Below, in pieces: positions 19,253-28,849 of a stretch of 64,000 nt of DNA (position 1 is the stretch's first letter; every line of letters starts with the position of its first letter). A program made the translations under genes and the position numbers. The stretch lies in contig CAVXXK010000003.1 of the NCBI GenBank assembly GCA_963765675.1, forward strand, positions 352,001 through 416,000, in the 5' to 3' direction. The DNA comes from an uncultured delta proteobacterium (GTDB taxonomy: Bacteria > Desulfobacterota > Binatia > Binatales > Binataceae). Under the pieces are notes generated by a model. That model ran no database searches. It saw nothing but the letters and a program-made list of their open reading frames with translations, and was not told the DNA's origin.

Positions 19253-20338
19253 GTGAGCGATTTGAACGAAAGCGATTCCGATCGCGCGGAAGTTCCAGCG
19301 CGAGACCGCGTGTTGACGTGTACCTGGGCGCCCACTGTTGTCGCGCGGCCCGACCCAACGCGCACCGGCGCGGCGCTCAGCGAGCGGCTGCTCGCGCCAG
19401 TGCGTCGCGCGGAAGAATTGGGAATCGACTATCTGCTGGTCGCGCAGCGATGGTGGGGCTCGGGCGAGGAGACCGAGCACTCGACCTACGACTGTCTTGC
19501 GATGACCGCGTTTTACGCGGCCCATACCAGCCGCATCCGTTTAATCACGGCGGTGCATCCGGGCTTCTTCGAGCCCGCGCCGATCGCGAAATGGGGCGCC
19601 ACGATCGATCAGACGAGCGGCGGCCGCTGGGCGATCAACGTGACCTCCGGATGGCACGAGGTCGAATTTGGGATGTACGGTGCGGAGTTGCTGGAGCACG
19701 ACGATCGCTACGCGCGTTCGCGCGAATTTATCGACGTGCTGCGCGGTGCGTGGAGCGGCGAGCGCTTCAGCTACGACGGAAACTTCTATCGCGTGCGCAA
19801 TCTCACAGTCGATCCGCGCCCGCGTTCACGGCTCGAAGTGTTCCAGGGCGGGCAATCTCCGGCCGCGATCGCGCTTGCCGCAAGCCATTCGGACTGGATG
19901 TTTCTCAACGGAGGCACGCCCGAACGAATCCGACAGATCATCGCGGAGGTGCGCGCGCGTACGGCCACGACCGGACGACGGGTGCGGTTCGCCCTGTACG
20001 CGATCCCGCTGTGCCGCGACACCGATAGCGAAGCGCAGGCGGAGATCGAGGCGATGCTTTCGAAGCTGCCGCCCGATCTGCACGAGCGGCGCAAGCTGGC
20101 GCACTCGGGCGCGCAAGGGATGTGGTCGGCGAACGCGGACAAGCTCGCGATGCTCGACACGAACGAGGGCTACTTGAGCGGACTTATCGGAAGCCCGCAA
20201 ACGATTCTGTCACGGATGGCGGAGTTTCATTCGCTGGGAATCGACTGTTTTCATCTCGCGCTAATAGACGAGCGCTTCAACCGCGAAGTCCTGCCGCAAC
20301 TGGCATCTCTATCGCGCACGGAACCGCAGTCAAGCTGA
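19253..20338 (+). CDS. LLM-class flavin-dependent monooxygenase (SfnG/SsuD/RutA-like); alternative start at 19193
   Basis: AEELGIDYLLVAQRW, IRLITAVHPG, ATIDQTSGGRWAINVTSGW, HDDRY, FQGGQSP. Confidence 0.88.
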   Translation: MSDLNESDSDRAEVPARDRVLTCTWAPTVVARPDPTRTGAALSERLLAPVRRAEELGIDYLLVAQRWWGSGEETEHSTYDCLAMTAFYAAHTSRIRLITAVHPGFFEPAPIAKWGATIDQTSGGRWAINVTSGWHEVEFGMYGAELLEHDDRYARSREFIDVLRGAWSGERFSYDGNFYRVRNLTVDPRPRSRLEVFQGGQSPAAIALAASHSDWMFLNGGTPERIRQIIAEVRARTATTGRRVRFALYAIPLCRDTDSEAQAEIEAMLSKLPPDLHERRKLAHSGAQGMWSANADKLAMLDTNEGYLSGLIGSPQTILSRMAEFHSLGIDCFHLALIDERFNREVLPQLASLSRTEPQSS

Positions 20339-20472
20339 AAAGCACAGTGCGTTCTTCAGGCTTCGGTGACAGACGATTGGATTCTCGGTTCTATCTTCAG
20401 TCCTTTGAATCCAAAAACTCCAATGCGCGTAGCATTAGGTACCATCGGCCAAAGCCAGAGGCACAGATAGTC

Positions 20473-20820
20473 TCAACCTGCACTGTCTCTTCCCATCGAG
20501 CGAAGCCACCGGTACAGCTGTCTTAGCAGCGACTCTACACCGCGCAAGATGTAATACCATTGGATTACACCCGCGGCGCAAAAAAGTAATCCCAGCGCAA
20601 TAACATTGGCTGTGCTGCAAGGCAGAACGTTCGTAAGCAACGCTGGAATTAGGCTGATGGGCAAGCCCCAAACTCCCATTATTCCAGCAATCTCTGAACA
20701 ATCTCTGCCCCCAGGGCAGCTTTGACTAAGACCTCCACAGTCGAGCACGACTATTCTAAGTAAGTAGATTTCCACGGCAAGCCAGAGGGCTATCGGCAAC
20801 CAAAAGAGTACACGGCGCAT
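20473..20820 (-). CDS. Putative RHS immunity protein 2 (3-TM, Cys-containing)
   Basis: Paralogue of 20842-21171 (MRRxLFWLPIxLWxxVExYLLR...WGxPxS...GLxFCxAGxIQWY); directly follows a toxin-tip remnant. Confidence 0.6.
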   Translation of the reverse strand: MRRVLFWLPIALWLAVEIYLLRIVVLDCGGLSQSCPGGRDCSEIAGIMGVWGLPISLIPALLTNVLPCSTANVIALGLLFCAAGVIQWYYILRGVESLLRQLYRWLRSMGRDSAG

Positions 20821-20841
20821 AGCAGTTCCGGTCTCGAACCC

Positions 20842-21171
20842 TTAATTGGACGAGTTCGCGCAGTTAGCCTCGCAATTTGCTATCGCTGAAGTAGCAAACC
20901 GCTGGCAATTCATTACGTACCATTGAATCAGCCCAGCGACGCAGAATACGAGCCCCTGTGTAACGCAGCCGCCAGTCGTCGAACAATCGGCCGATAGTAA
21001 ACTAGTGATAGCTGCTCCAATTATACTGCTGGGAAACCCCCACAAGAGAACTAGACCGAGTGCTTCTGGGTAATCTCCTCCCGGTTTTGAGTTCAGAGAG
21101 AGTACCCTCAGTAGGTAAACCTCCACGCAGAACCAGAGGAAAATCGGTAACCAAAACAGCGCGCGGCGCAT
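20842..21171 (-). pseudogene. Putative RHS immunity protein 1, truncated after IQWY and fused to the last 23 aa of a second toxin tip
   Basis: Ends MNCQRFATSAIANCEANCANSSN*, which aligns with the upstream toxin end MNCEKFANWAVANCQAQCAG. Confidence 0.6.
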
Positions 21172-21182
21172 ACGAGCCACCG

Positions 21183-21845
21183 TTACGGTGCCGAACCGGA
21201 TGCGCCCGCGCACTGCGCTTGGCAATTAGCTACTGCCCAATTGGCAAACTTCTCGCAGTTCATGCCACCAAACCCATTGCCGAGGCTGCACTTCGGAGGA
21301 TCTCCCTCCGCCACACCCAACAGACAGCTCTCCACGCAGGATTTCCGACTCTGCAACTTGCAGGAGTTGTTGAGTTTGTCAGGCTCAAACTCGCCCGGGG
21401 CATCAAGCCAATTGCCTTCCGTGGTGAGGCCAAAGCAATAGGTGTAGGTCTTGGTGCTGTCATTCGTCAGGTTGCCGTTCGTATCATAGGTCAGCGCGGT
21501 GCCATTAAACGCCGTCATCTCGTTGTCCGCGTTGAAGGTGTTTCCACTCAGAGGCTGCGGCAGGTTGGTCTGCGCGAAGCTCCCCGTCTTCTCGATCACG
21601 TGCCCATCCGCATAGTAGTTGTACTCGAGGTCGCCCACCGGATTGTTCGCCAGCGTCCAGTTCATCGCGCTTATCCGCGAGTTGCTGTTCCTTCGGCCTC
21701 GCTCAGGACAGGCTCCACTATATGTCACCACAATCCCGTTGGGCAGCGTCAGCGTCGTTCTTCGGCTCGCGCTGTCATAATTGAACGAAACCGAACGAGT
21801 CCCTTGGGTAATTCCGGTCAGCCGGTTGGCGTTGTCTCATCCGTA
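21183..21845 (-). pseudogene. RHS/YD-repeat toxin remnant with internal deletion and a Cys-rich C-terminal tip
   Basis: YG*DNANRLTGITQG, FNYDSASRRTTLTLPNG, FNADNEMT, LTYDTNGNLTND. Has an in-frame stop and no N-terminus; the PxxxxDPxG core end is absent. Confidence 0.8.
21690..21713. repeat. Short REP-like element inserted in frame into the RHS remnant
   Basis: CCTTCGGCCTCGCTCAGGACAGGC; translates as GACPERGRR where a YD dipeptide is expected (VTYS-[YD]-SNSRI). Confidence 0.5.
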
Positions 21846-21889
21846 TGATGCCGCCGTGGGTGCCCCACCACCGTCATCGACGTGCGCGT

Positions 21890-22130
21890 GAGGGCGGTGA
21901 ATTCTACGACAGCCTGACGTTCAAAGACGCGTTACACCCGCAGACACGGCTTGCCTATGAAATGAACTCGAACCCGCTTGGCCCGTTGCATGGAGCCCCG
22001 CTCAGTCTGCGGGTCGAAAGTCAACTCGGTTTCAAGATGTGAAATGGATCAGAGCGATCGAGTTCGTCGACGATGTGGAGCGCATCTACAAGGCGATGGC
22101 GGTTATAACGAGGATAACGAGTACTCGCGA
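21890..22130 (+). pseudogene. C-terminal fragment of a molybdopterin-dependent (sulfite oxidase/MsrP-like) oxidoreductase
   Basis: HPQTRLAYEMNSNPLGPLHGAPLSLRVESQLGFKM|VKWIRAIEFV...GGYNEDNEY across frameshifts; no N-terminus. Confidence 0.8.
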
Positions 22131-22311
22131 ATATTGAGGGTTTGGTGTTCAAAAAAATCAGGACCGTCCCGCGACGAAGGATTAACATCAGGTGAGGCTG
22201 TAACGATTTCTCCACGTTTCCAAATGGCGAGAACTATCTGCGCGCCGGGCAGGTTCATGCTCCTCGTCTTTTAGAAACGCGCGACAACGTTTCGAAAGAG
22301 GTAGGAATCCG

Positions 22312-22701
22312 ATGAGTCATGCGCCCGATGCTGAAAATTTAGATACCAGCGCTCAATGGTCGCGCGCGGTCAATGACACCGGTCATTACCTCACGAAGGT
22401 CGCGTCGTGGAGTACGCGCGGAAGTGACGTGATCGGTGAGATGCAAGGCTGCGTCCGTTGCGGCCTTGTCATCATCAATGACCGTCGCGGCGTGCTGCTG
22501 ATCGCGCCCGGCGGTTTCAATCGAATGCACAAGCGGATTTTTCCCTGCCAGATTCCGCCTTTCTGTCAGGGGTCGGCCTTTAAGGATTCGCCGCTGGAGA
22601 GTAATGATCCGCTCGTCGAGTTGCGTCGCCGGCTGGTGGAAAAGCACGACCCGCGGTTTAGAGTCTTCAACGATGCGACGATGACGGTCATTGAAACCTG
22701 A
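22312..22701 (+). CDS. Hypothetical protein (His, CxxC and two further Cys)
   Basis: 129-aa ORF with a GAGG/AGGA RBS; no family recognised. Confidence 0.5.
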   Translation: MSHAPDAENLDTSAQWSRAVNDTGHYLTKVASWSTRGSDVIGEMQGCVRCGLVIINDRRGVLLIAPGGFNRMHKRIFPCQIPPFCQGSAFKDSPLESNDPLVELRRRLVEKHDPRFRVFNDATMTVIET

Positions 22702-22811
22702 ATGCGTCGGCGAGCCTGCCTCGCGATGCCGGCGGAAAATCGGCTCGGATTAAAACAGTTTCGCGGGTATCTTCGGCTCGTGCAGAAGATCCCTGTTCCC
22801 TTCGCAAAGAC

Positions 22812-24953
22812 ATGAACCATCAGGTCACCCGCCAGATTCTATGGAATGTGCCAATCGCGTTCATCGTTGTGATGTACGCGCTGCTGTTCGTGCTGTTGTG
22901 CGCTTTTGCCTGGAGGGGAATTTATTGGTGGCGGCGAGTGACTTTGGGAACCGCGGAGGAAAGCCGAGTCGATCAACCGTTCCGGCGTCTGTGGATCGCC
23001 CTAACCCAGGGGGTCGGGGAGGGAACGGTCATAAGGGAGAGTTGGGGGTGGATGCACTACACCTTCTACGTCGCGTTTGTGGGATTGTTCTTCGGAACCA
23101 GCATCGTCTTCCTCAACAGCGATCTCCGCTACGCGGCGGGTCTGGTTGGGTTCGATCTCTACTTCTACTTCGGGGACTTCTATCTTTTCTTCAAAGCCGC
23201 GATGGACACGTTTTTCCTGGCGCTGATACTCGGCGTTACCGTCGTCGCAGTTCGGCGCTGGATCCTTGTATCGCCCGCGGCGACGCGCTCGAGTCTGGCC
23301 CGATTTGGCCGGCCTTCGCTGCTGAGCTCTCCTCCGCAACAGAAGCTACTTGATAATCTCGAAAATTTTCTCGGCTATTGGTACCCGCTCCTGATGCTGG
23401 TGCTCGCGGCCGTGACCGGACTGATGCTGGAGGGCGCGCGAATCAACGCAACCCATCCGACTTTCACGGAATGGGCGTACGTTGGCCGGCAGGTCGGACG
23501 GATCGAAGGAGCTCTCGGCGCCGGAATCATCTTCCACCGATGGCTGTGGCTGACACACGTGCTGATTGTGTACCTGCTGTTATTTGCTTTCCCGTTTTCA
23601 AAGCTGCGCCATTTTCTGTTCGGACCGATCAATCTGTTTTTTCGTTACCTCGGCCCAGGCGGCCGGCTGAAGCCGATTCTCAATTTTGAGACGGCCGAAA
23701 CTTTCGGGGTTTCCAAGATCGAGGAATTCACATGGAAGCAGCTGCTAGACGTGGCTTCGTGCCTCGAATGCGGGCGATGCACGATCAATTGTCCGACTGC
23801 GACGACTGGAAAAGCACTCAATCCCAAGTTCCTCGTAATTGAGCAGCGCGAGCATCTGCTCGATAAGATGCCCTACCTGCTTCAGACAAAGGCGGCTGCG
23901 CAAGAAGGCGGCGCTGCGCCTTTCTGGACCGGCCCCGACATGATCAAGGATGTCGCCACCGAGCAGGCGATCTGGGATTGCACGAATTGCGGATGGTGCG
24001 AAGAAGGATGCCCGGTCGGGATCGCGCACATCCAACGCATCGACGACATGCGCCGTCATCTGGTCATGATGGAGAGCCGATTTCCGCAGGAGGCGGTGGC
24101 GGCATTCAAGGGAATCGAAAATCAGGGAAATCCGTGGGGATTGGCCTCCGAAAAACGCGGAGATTGGGCTACGGGCCTGGGCATTCCAGAAATGTCCGCG
24201 CTGGAGGATCCTTCTCAGATCGAGGTGTTGTACTGGGTTGGATGCGCCGGTTCCTACGACGAACGCAATCAAAAGGTTTCCCGAGCGCTGACCGGCTTGA
24301 TGAAACAAGCCGGGGTCAAGTTCGCAATCCTTGGCCGAGAGGAGCGATGCAACGGCGACCCCGCGCGAAGGCTCGGCAACGAATACCTCTACGCCACGGT
24401 CGCCCAGCAGAACATCGAAACGCTCAATCGTTACAAGCCAAAGCGAATCGTAACACAATGTCCGCACTGCTATCACAATCTGAAAAAGGAATACCGTGAT
24501 TTTGGCGGTGAATACGAAGTGGTTCACGAGGGCGAGTTTCTGGCCGAGCTGATCCGCGCCGGCAGACTTCACCCGAATACGCCGATTGATCAGCGTATCA
24601 CCTACCACGACCCGTGTTTCATGGCACGTCACGATCGCAAGTGGAGTGACGCGCGCGAAGCCCTCCACGCGATGCCGGGCGCAGAGGTGAGCGATGTCGA
24701 TCAGTCCAAAAACCGAACTTACTGTTGTGGGGCAGGCGGCGGATGCTTCTGGAAGGAAGAGGTCGGAGGCACGCGTATCAATGAGAAGCGGCTGTCGCAG
24801 CTCGAGGCGGCCAAGCCTGACACCATCGTGGTGTCATGCCCTTTTTGCATGACGATGATCGAAGATGCGGTCAAGTCGCGCGCCTCGGAGGAGGAAGCGA
24901 CTGTCACCCTGGACCTCGCCGAAGTGATCGCGAAATCTACCGGCATCCGATGA
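22812..24953 (+). CDS. Membrane-bound Fe-S oxidoreductase, FadF/HdrD-like (NarI-like TM domain, 2x[4Fe-4S], CCG domains)
   Basis: TM region with His ligands and PFSKLRH; CLECGRCTINCP; CTNCGWCEEGCP; WVGC; RCNGD; CPHC; YHDPC; CCGAGGG; CPFC. Confidence 0.92.
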   Translation: MNHQVTRQILWNVPIAFIVVMYALLFVLLCAFAWRGIYWWRRVTLGTAEESRVDQPFRRLWIALTQGVGEGTVIRESWGWMHYTFYVAFVGLFFGTSIVFLNSDLRYAAGLVGFDLYFYFGDFYLFFKAAMDTFFLALILGVTVVAVRRWILVSPAATRSSLARFGRPSLLSSPPQQKLLDNLENFLGYWYPLLMLVLAAVTGLMLEGARINATHPTFTEWAYVGRQVGRIEGALGAGIIFHRWLWLTHVLIVYLLLFAFPFSKLRHFLFGPINLFFRYLGPGGRLKPILNFETAETFGVSKIEEFTWKQLLDVASCLECGRCTINCPTATTGKALNPKFLVIEQREHLLDKMPYLLQTKAAAQEGGAAPFWTGPDMIKDVATEQAIWDCTNCGWCEEGCPVGIAHIQRIDDMRRHLVMMESRFPQEAVAAFKGIENQGNPWGLASEKRGDWATGLGIPEMSALEDPSQIEVLYWVGCAGSYDERNQKVSRALTGLMKQAGVKFAILGREERCNGDPARRLGNEYLYATVAQQNIETLNRYKPKRIVTQCPHCYHNLKKEYRDFGGEYEVVHEGEFLAELIRAGRLHPNTPIDQRITYHDPCFMARHDRKWSDAREALHAMPGAEVSDVDQSKNRTYCCGAGGGCFWKEEVGGTRINEKRLSQLEAAKPDTIVVSCPFCMTMIEDAVKSRASEEEATVTLDLAEVIAKSTGIR

Positions 24954-24994
24954 TCGGCAACCCATGAGAATCTTTCTCAATCGAGGCCAGTACG

Positions 24995-25273
24995 ATGCCC
25001 AAAACATTTAAGCGAGGCGATCACGTTGAATGGAACTCAGAAGCCGGACGGGTTCGCGGGGTCATCGTCAAGAAGGTCACCTCCGACACGCGCTTCAAGG
25101 GCTACGTGCATCATGCATCGAAGGATGAGCCGCAATACATGATCCAAAGCGACACAACCGACCACGTGGCAATTCACAAAGGACGCGCACTGAAACACAT
25201 AGCCGCTCGCATCAGCAGCCGGCCACCACCGGCCAAAAAAAACACCAAGGCGAACCCGAAGCGGACCTCCTGA
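24995..25273 (+). CDS. DUF2945 (Hva1/Tudor-like) protein
   Basis: FKRGDHVEWNSEAG...HASKDEPQYMIQSDTTDHVAIHK. Confidence 0.85.
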   Translation: MPKTFKRGDHVEWNSEAGRVRGVIVKKVTSDTRFKGYVHHASKDEPQYMIQSDTTDHVAIHKGRALKHIAARISSRPPPAKKNTKANPKRTS

Positions 25274-25275
25274 CG

Positions 25276-25377
25276 TGCATCGGTTGCGGCGCGTGCGTCG
25301 TCGCTTGTCCGAACGCTCCTGCTTCTCTGGCTACCGCGGCAAAAATCAGTTGGCAGGGCGAATGTCAGGCGACGTGA
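25276..25377 (+). pseudogene. sdhB: Internally deleted remnant of a succinate dehydrogenase/fumarate reductase Fe-S subunit
   Basis: CIGCGACVVACPNAPASLATAAKIS|WQGECQAT*; resembles the SdhB CIGCGACVAACPN..AKI and GEC cluster motifs; no start codon. Confidence 0.65.
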
Positions 25378-25413
25378 TCTTCTGAGCTTTCGGATTATTC
25401 AGGACGAAACGTG

Positions 25414-27963
25414 TCAATGCGCACCCAGGACTTCACGTATGACCACCGCCTGGTTGTGTTCCTCGTCCTTTGCGCTGTAAACGAGGGTCACGGTGCCGCG
25501 AGCAGCCGTCTTGGAAATTTCTTTCAACATTTCGCGAGCTTCCGGGCGTCTCAATTCGGTCTTGTAGCGTTTGCGAAATTCCTTCCAGTGCGCCGGATCG
25601 TGGCCAAAAGACTTGCGCAACTCCGTACTCGGCCCTAATTCTTTCATCCACTTCGCCACATTCACTTTTTCCTTCTTCAGCCCGCGCGGCCACAAACGAT
25701 CGACCAGGATACGCGTGCCGTCACTGCGCGAAGGAGCGTCGTAAGCGCGTTTGATTTGCACCATACCATTGTTTCCTTTGGCGTGATTGGAACTGTTTTC
25801 ATGGAAAGGGATCATTTGAGAATAAGGCATCCAGGGTCTCTTCTCGACCTGAAGCGTGCCCTGCTGAACCGTGGCTTCCCAATTCGTGGTCTCACCGTCG
25901 AGCGAAAAACGAAGGTCAACTTTGGCCTTTCCGACCGCCAATCCGTGCAACGTCAGTTGCGGGAGCCATCTGGGCAACTCAGGATCGACGTACAACCGGC
26001 CATTGGGTGCATCTGCCTGCAATCCGAGGATCGCCCGCAACAGATGAAAGACGCTTCCCGCAGCCCACGCCTGAGGAACGTTCGCGCCAGGATATTGCAC
26101 CGGAAAGGTGCCCGCCTGATGTTCAATTCCTGCGTAGAGCTCGGGCAACTGATAGCTCACGAAATAGCTGGCAGCCTCGGAAATATCGCGCGCGATACGA
26201 GCAGCCTCTGCGGCGAATCCGTAGCGTTTGAAACCCAGCGCGATGATCCCGTTGTCGTGTGGCCAGACCGCACCACGCTGGTAGGAGAACGGGTTGTATG
26301 CGGGATTGTCGGCGGAGAGCGTGCGGATACCCCAGCCACTCCACATGTCGGGTTGCATGAGCCGCTTAACGACTCGGGCAGCATGCTCTGGAGTGACTAT
26401 TCCACTCCACAATAAATGTCCGGGATTCGATGCAATCGTACGGACGGGATGCTTGTCGGGGTCCAGTGCGAAGGCATAGAACCCAATGTCGTCGCACCAG
26501 AATCGCTGCTCGAATTTGCGGCGAAGGTGCGCGGCCTTGCGGCGCAACTCGCTCGCGCGCGCAATCTCGCCCAGATGATCGAACAACTCCGCCATCCGCA
26601 TCCAGGCGTCGAACACATACCCTTGCAGCTCACACAACGCCTTGGGTGCTTTAACCTGAGAGCCGTCGGGATACACAATCGCGTCGCCGGCATCCTTCCA
26701 GCTCATGTTTTCGGTGCCACGCGATGATCGGGACTGGTATTCCTGGAAACCGTCGCCGTCGAGGTCGCCGTAGCGATCGATCCATTTCAAGCAGCGCAAT
26801 GCCACGTCGCGGTACTCGCGGACTAATCCATCATCACCCGTCCACTTCCAGTTCTCGTGCAGCAGGATCAAGTAGAGCGGAGTCGCGTCGGCCGAGCCGT
26901 AGTAGGGTGTGTGGGGGACGCTATGGAAGTGCGCGAGCTCGCCAAAACGGATCTCGTGCATGATCTTGCCCGGATCCGCATCGCGGTAATCTTCGCTCTC
27001 GGTGGCTTGAAACTCGGCCAGCTTCTTGAGCGCTCCGCGAGCGAGGTCAGGGTTCACCGTCATATTTTGCAGGCTGGCAATCAGGCTGTCGCGACCGAAG
27101 AGCGTCACGAACCATGGCACTCCCGCCGCGGGCACCCAGACATCAGGCGCCATATCCTGATCGTGGAGCCTGAGCGCGCACATATCCTCGACTGATTGCC
27201 GATAGAGCCGATAAACGTCCTCGTTGGTCGAGGTCAGTTTGGTGGCTTCGCTCATCCATTCCTTGTGCAGAACGTCAAACCTGGTCGGATGCGAGGCGAA
27301 CAGACAGGTGCGCGAAGGCGCTGATCCGCGACCATCAGAGCCCAAGGAAAACTCACAACACGAATGCCATGAAGCGCCAGGCTTCAGCACGATCTCGAAC
27401 GTAACCCGGCCATTGGCATAACCGGGGGGAGACTCCGGCTGCATCCGATAAGTGAAGGTCCGCCTGAAGTCTTTATGAGTGTAGCGGGTCCGGAGCTCGT
27501 GGCGTTTTGGATCCCACTTCGTCTGGATTCGTCCGCGCCGAACAAACTGGTGTGATTTAACCTCGAACAAATCGGCGAAATCACTTCGCAACGCCAGCTC
27601 CAGGTTCAAGCGAATAGGCTTGAGCCCGTGATTACTCAAGTCGAGATCTTCGTGGATGCCTTCAGACGCCGATCTGCTGATGACCAGCGAAAGAGTGCCG
27701 GCCGCCACGTCACCGTCCAGCGTCGTGAACGGCTTGTTGGTCAAATATATTCGCGCGCCATAGTAGGTCACGCGACTGGAGGTGAGTCTCGTCCAACTCA
27801 CTCCGTTGGCGAAGATTGCATAGTAACTGACAAAACGTGTGTCGTTTGCGAATAACCCCTGCTCGCTATCCGCGGCGATCTCACCATTAAGATCAGTCAC
27901 CATGAAGGTGCTGCCGTGATTGATCGTTAGAAGTGGGGGCCCGATATTGATTTCTGCCGGCAT
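25414..27963 (-). CDS. Amylo-alpha-1,6-glucosidase (glycogen debranching enzyme family) with an in-frame C-terminal DUF488 domain (25414-25764)
   Basis: [63 protein letters not shown]; then [46 protein letters not shown]. Confidence 0.88.
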   Translation of the reverse strand: MPAEINIGPPLLTINHGSTFMVTDLNGEIAADSEQGLFANDTRFVSYYAIFANGVSWTRLTSSRVTYYGARIYLTNKPFTTLDGDVAAGTLSLVISRSASEGIHEDLDLSNHGLKPIRLNLELALRSDFADLFEVKSHQFVRRGRIQTKWDPKRHELRTRYTHKDFRRTFTYRMQPESPPGYANGRVTFEIVLKPGASWHSCCEFSLGSDGRGSAPSRTCLFASHPTRFDVLHKEWMSEATKLTSTNEDVYRLYRQSVEDMCALRLHDQDMAPDVWVPAAGVPWFVTLFGRDSLIASLQNMTVNPDLARGALKKLAEFQATESEDYRDADPGKIMHEIRFGELAHFHSVPHTPYYGSADATPLYLILLHENWKWTGDDGLVREYRDVALRCLKWIDRYGDLDGDGFQEYQSRSSRGTENMSWKDAGDAIVYPDGSQVKAPKALCELQGYVFDAWMRMAELFDHLGEIARASELRRKAAHLRRKFEQRFWCDDIGFYAFALDPDKHPVRTIASNPGHLLWSGIVTPEHAARVVKRLMQPDMWSGWGIRTLSADNPAYNPFSYQRGAVWPHDNGIIALGFKRYGFAAEAARIARDISEAASYFVSYQLPELYAGIEHQAGTFPVQYPGANVPQAWAAGSVFHLLRAILGLQADAPNGRLYVDPELPRWLPQLTLHGLAVGKAKVDLRFSLDGETTNWEATVQQGTLQVEKRPWMPYSQMIPFHENSSNHAKGNNGMVQIKRAYDAPSRSDGTRILVDRLWPRGLKKEKVNVAKWMKELGPSTELRKSFGHDPAHWKEFRKRYKTELRRPEAREMLKEISKTAARGTVTLVYSAKDEEHNQAVVIREVLGAH

Positions 27964-28024
27964 ACTCTTATTGGCTGTCAGTGATGCCTATTGCTCGATC
28001 TGCCACGAGCAGAGATTTGCTTCG

Positions 28025-28756
28025 TTAGTATAGATGCCTTCCGCCATCGACCCGGATACATTCGCCGGTGACAAAGTCGGTCTCGACGAGAAACAGGACC
28101 GCCTTGGCGATTTCCTCGGCGCCGCCCCATCGGCCGAGCGGCGTGGCTTCGATAGCCTTAGCATTCTCCTCGGGAGTGAGATCGGGCGGGGCCAGAATGG
28201 GGCCGGGCGCAATGGCATTGACGAGGATCTCGGGAGACAGCTCGAGCGCCAGGCTTTCGGTAAGCGCCGCGACCGCGGCCTTGGATACATAGTACGGTAC
28301 GTAGCCTTTATACAGCGGACGACGGCTAGCCGGGAGCCAATCGGCAAAATTGACGATACGGCCGCCGCCGCTGGTCCTCATGACCGGCGCTGCATGAGTC
28401 GAAAACAAAAACGCGCTCTTCGCGTTGGTATCGAGCGTCTCCGACCAGTCGGCCGCGCTTGGATTAGGTGTGTTCACATAAACGCCAGCCATGTTGATTA
28501 GAATATCGAGTCGTCCGAGCGACTTCACTGTCTCGCGGACTGCCGCATCAATCTGCTCCTCGTCGGTCGCGTCAGCGCGGAGCACCGTCGCCGATACTCC
28601 GGCCGTCCTCGCTGCCGCGGCCGTCGTTTCGGCTTTGTCACGCGAACCGCGATAGGTCAGTGCAAGTGCGCAGCCGCGGACGGCTAGGGCATGAGCCACC
28701 GCCGTTCCAATACGCGAGCCGCCGGTTATCAGCGCAACTCTGCTCTTCGGGTCCAA
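28025..28756 (-). CDS. Short-chain dehydrogenase/reductase (pteridine reductase/FolM-like)
   Basis: ITGGSRIG, YYVSK, VNAIAPG, FVTGECIRVDGGRHL. TTG start with an AAGGAG RBS. Confidence 0.9.
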   Translation of the reverse strand: MDPKSRVALITGGSRIGTAVAHALAVRGCALALTYRGSRDKAETTAAAARTAGVSATVLRADATDEEQIDAAVRETVKSLGRLDILINMAGVYVNTPNPSAADWSETLDTNAKSAFLFSTHAAPVMRTSGGGRIVNFADWLPASRRPLYKGYVPYYVSKAAVAALTESLALELSPEILVNAIAPGPILAPPDLTPEENAKAIEATPLGRWGGAEEIAKAVLFLVETDFVTGECIRVDGGRHLY

Positions 28757-28849
28757 TGTTTCTCCTTCGTCAGGCGTGCCCGGACGACCGAAAAACGCAG
28801 TGAGCGATGCCCGCGCCGGTCATACGCGGGGATTCCGCTGTGACTCGGT

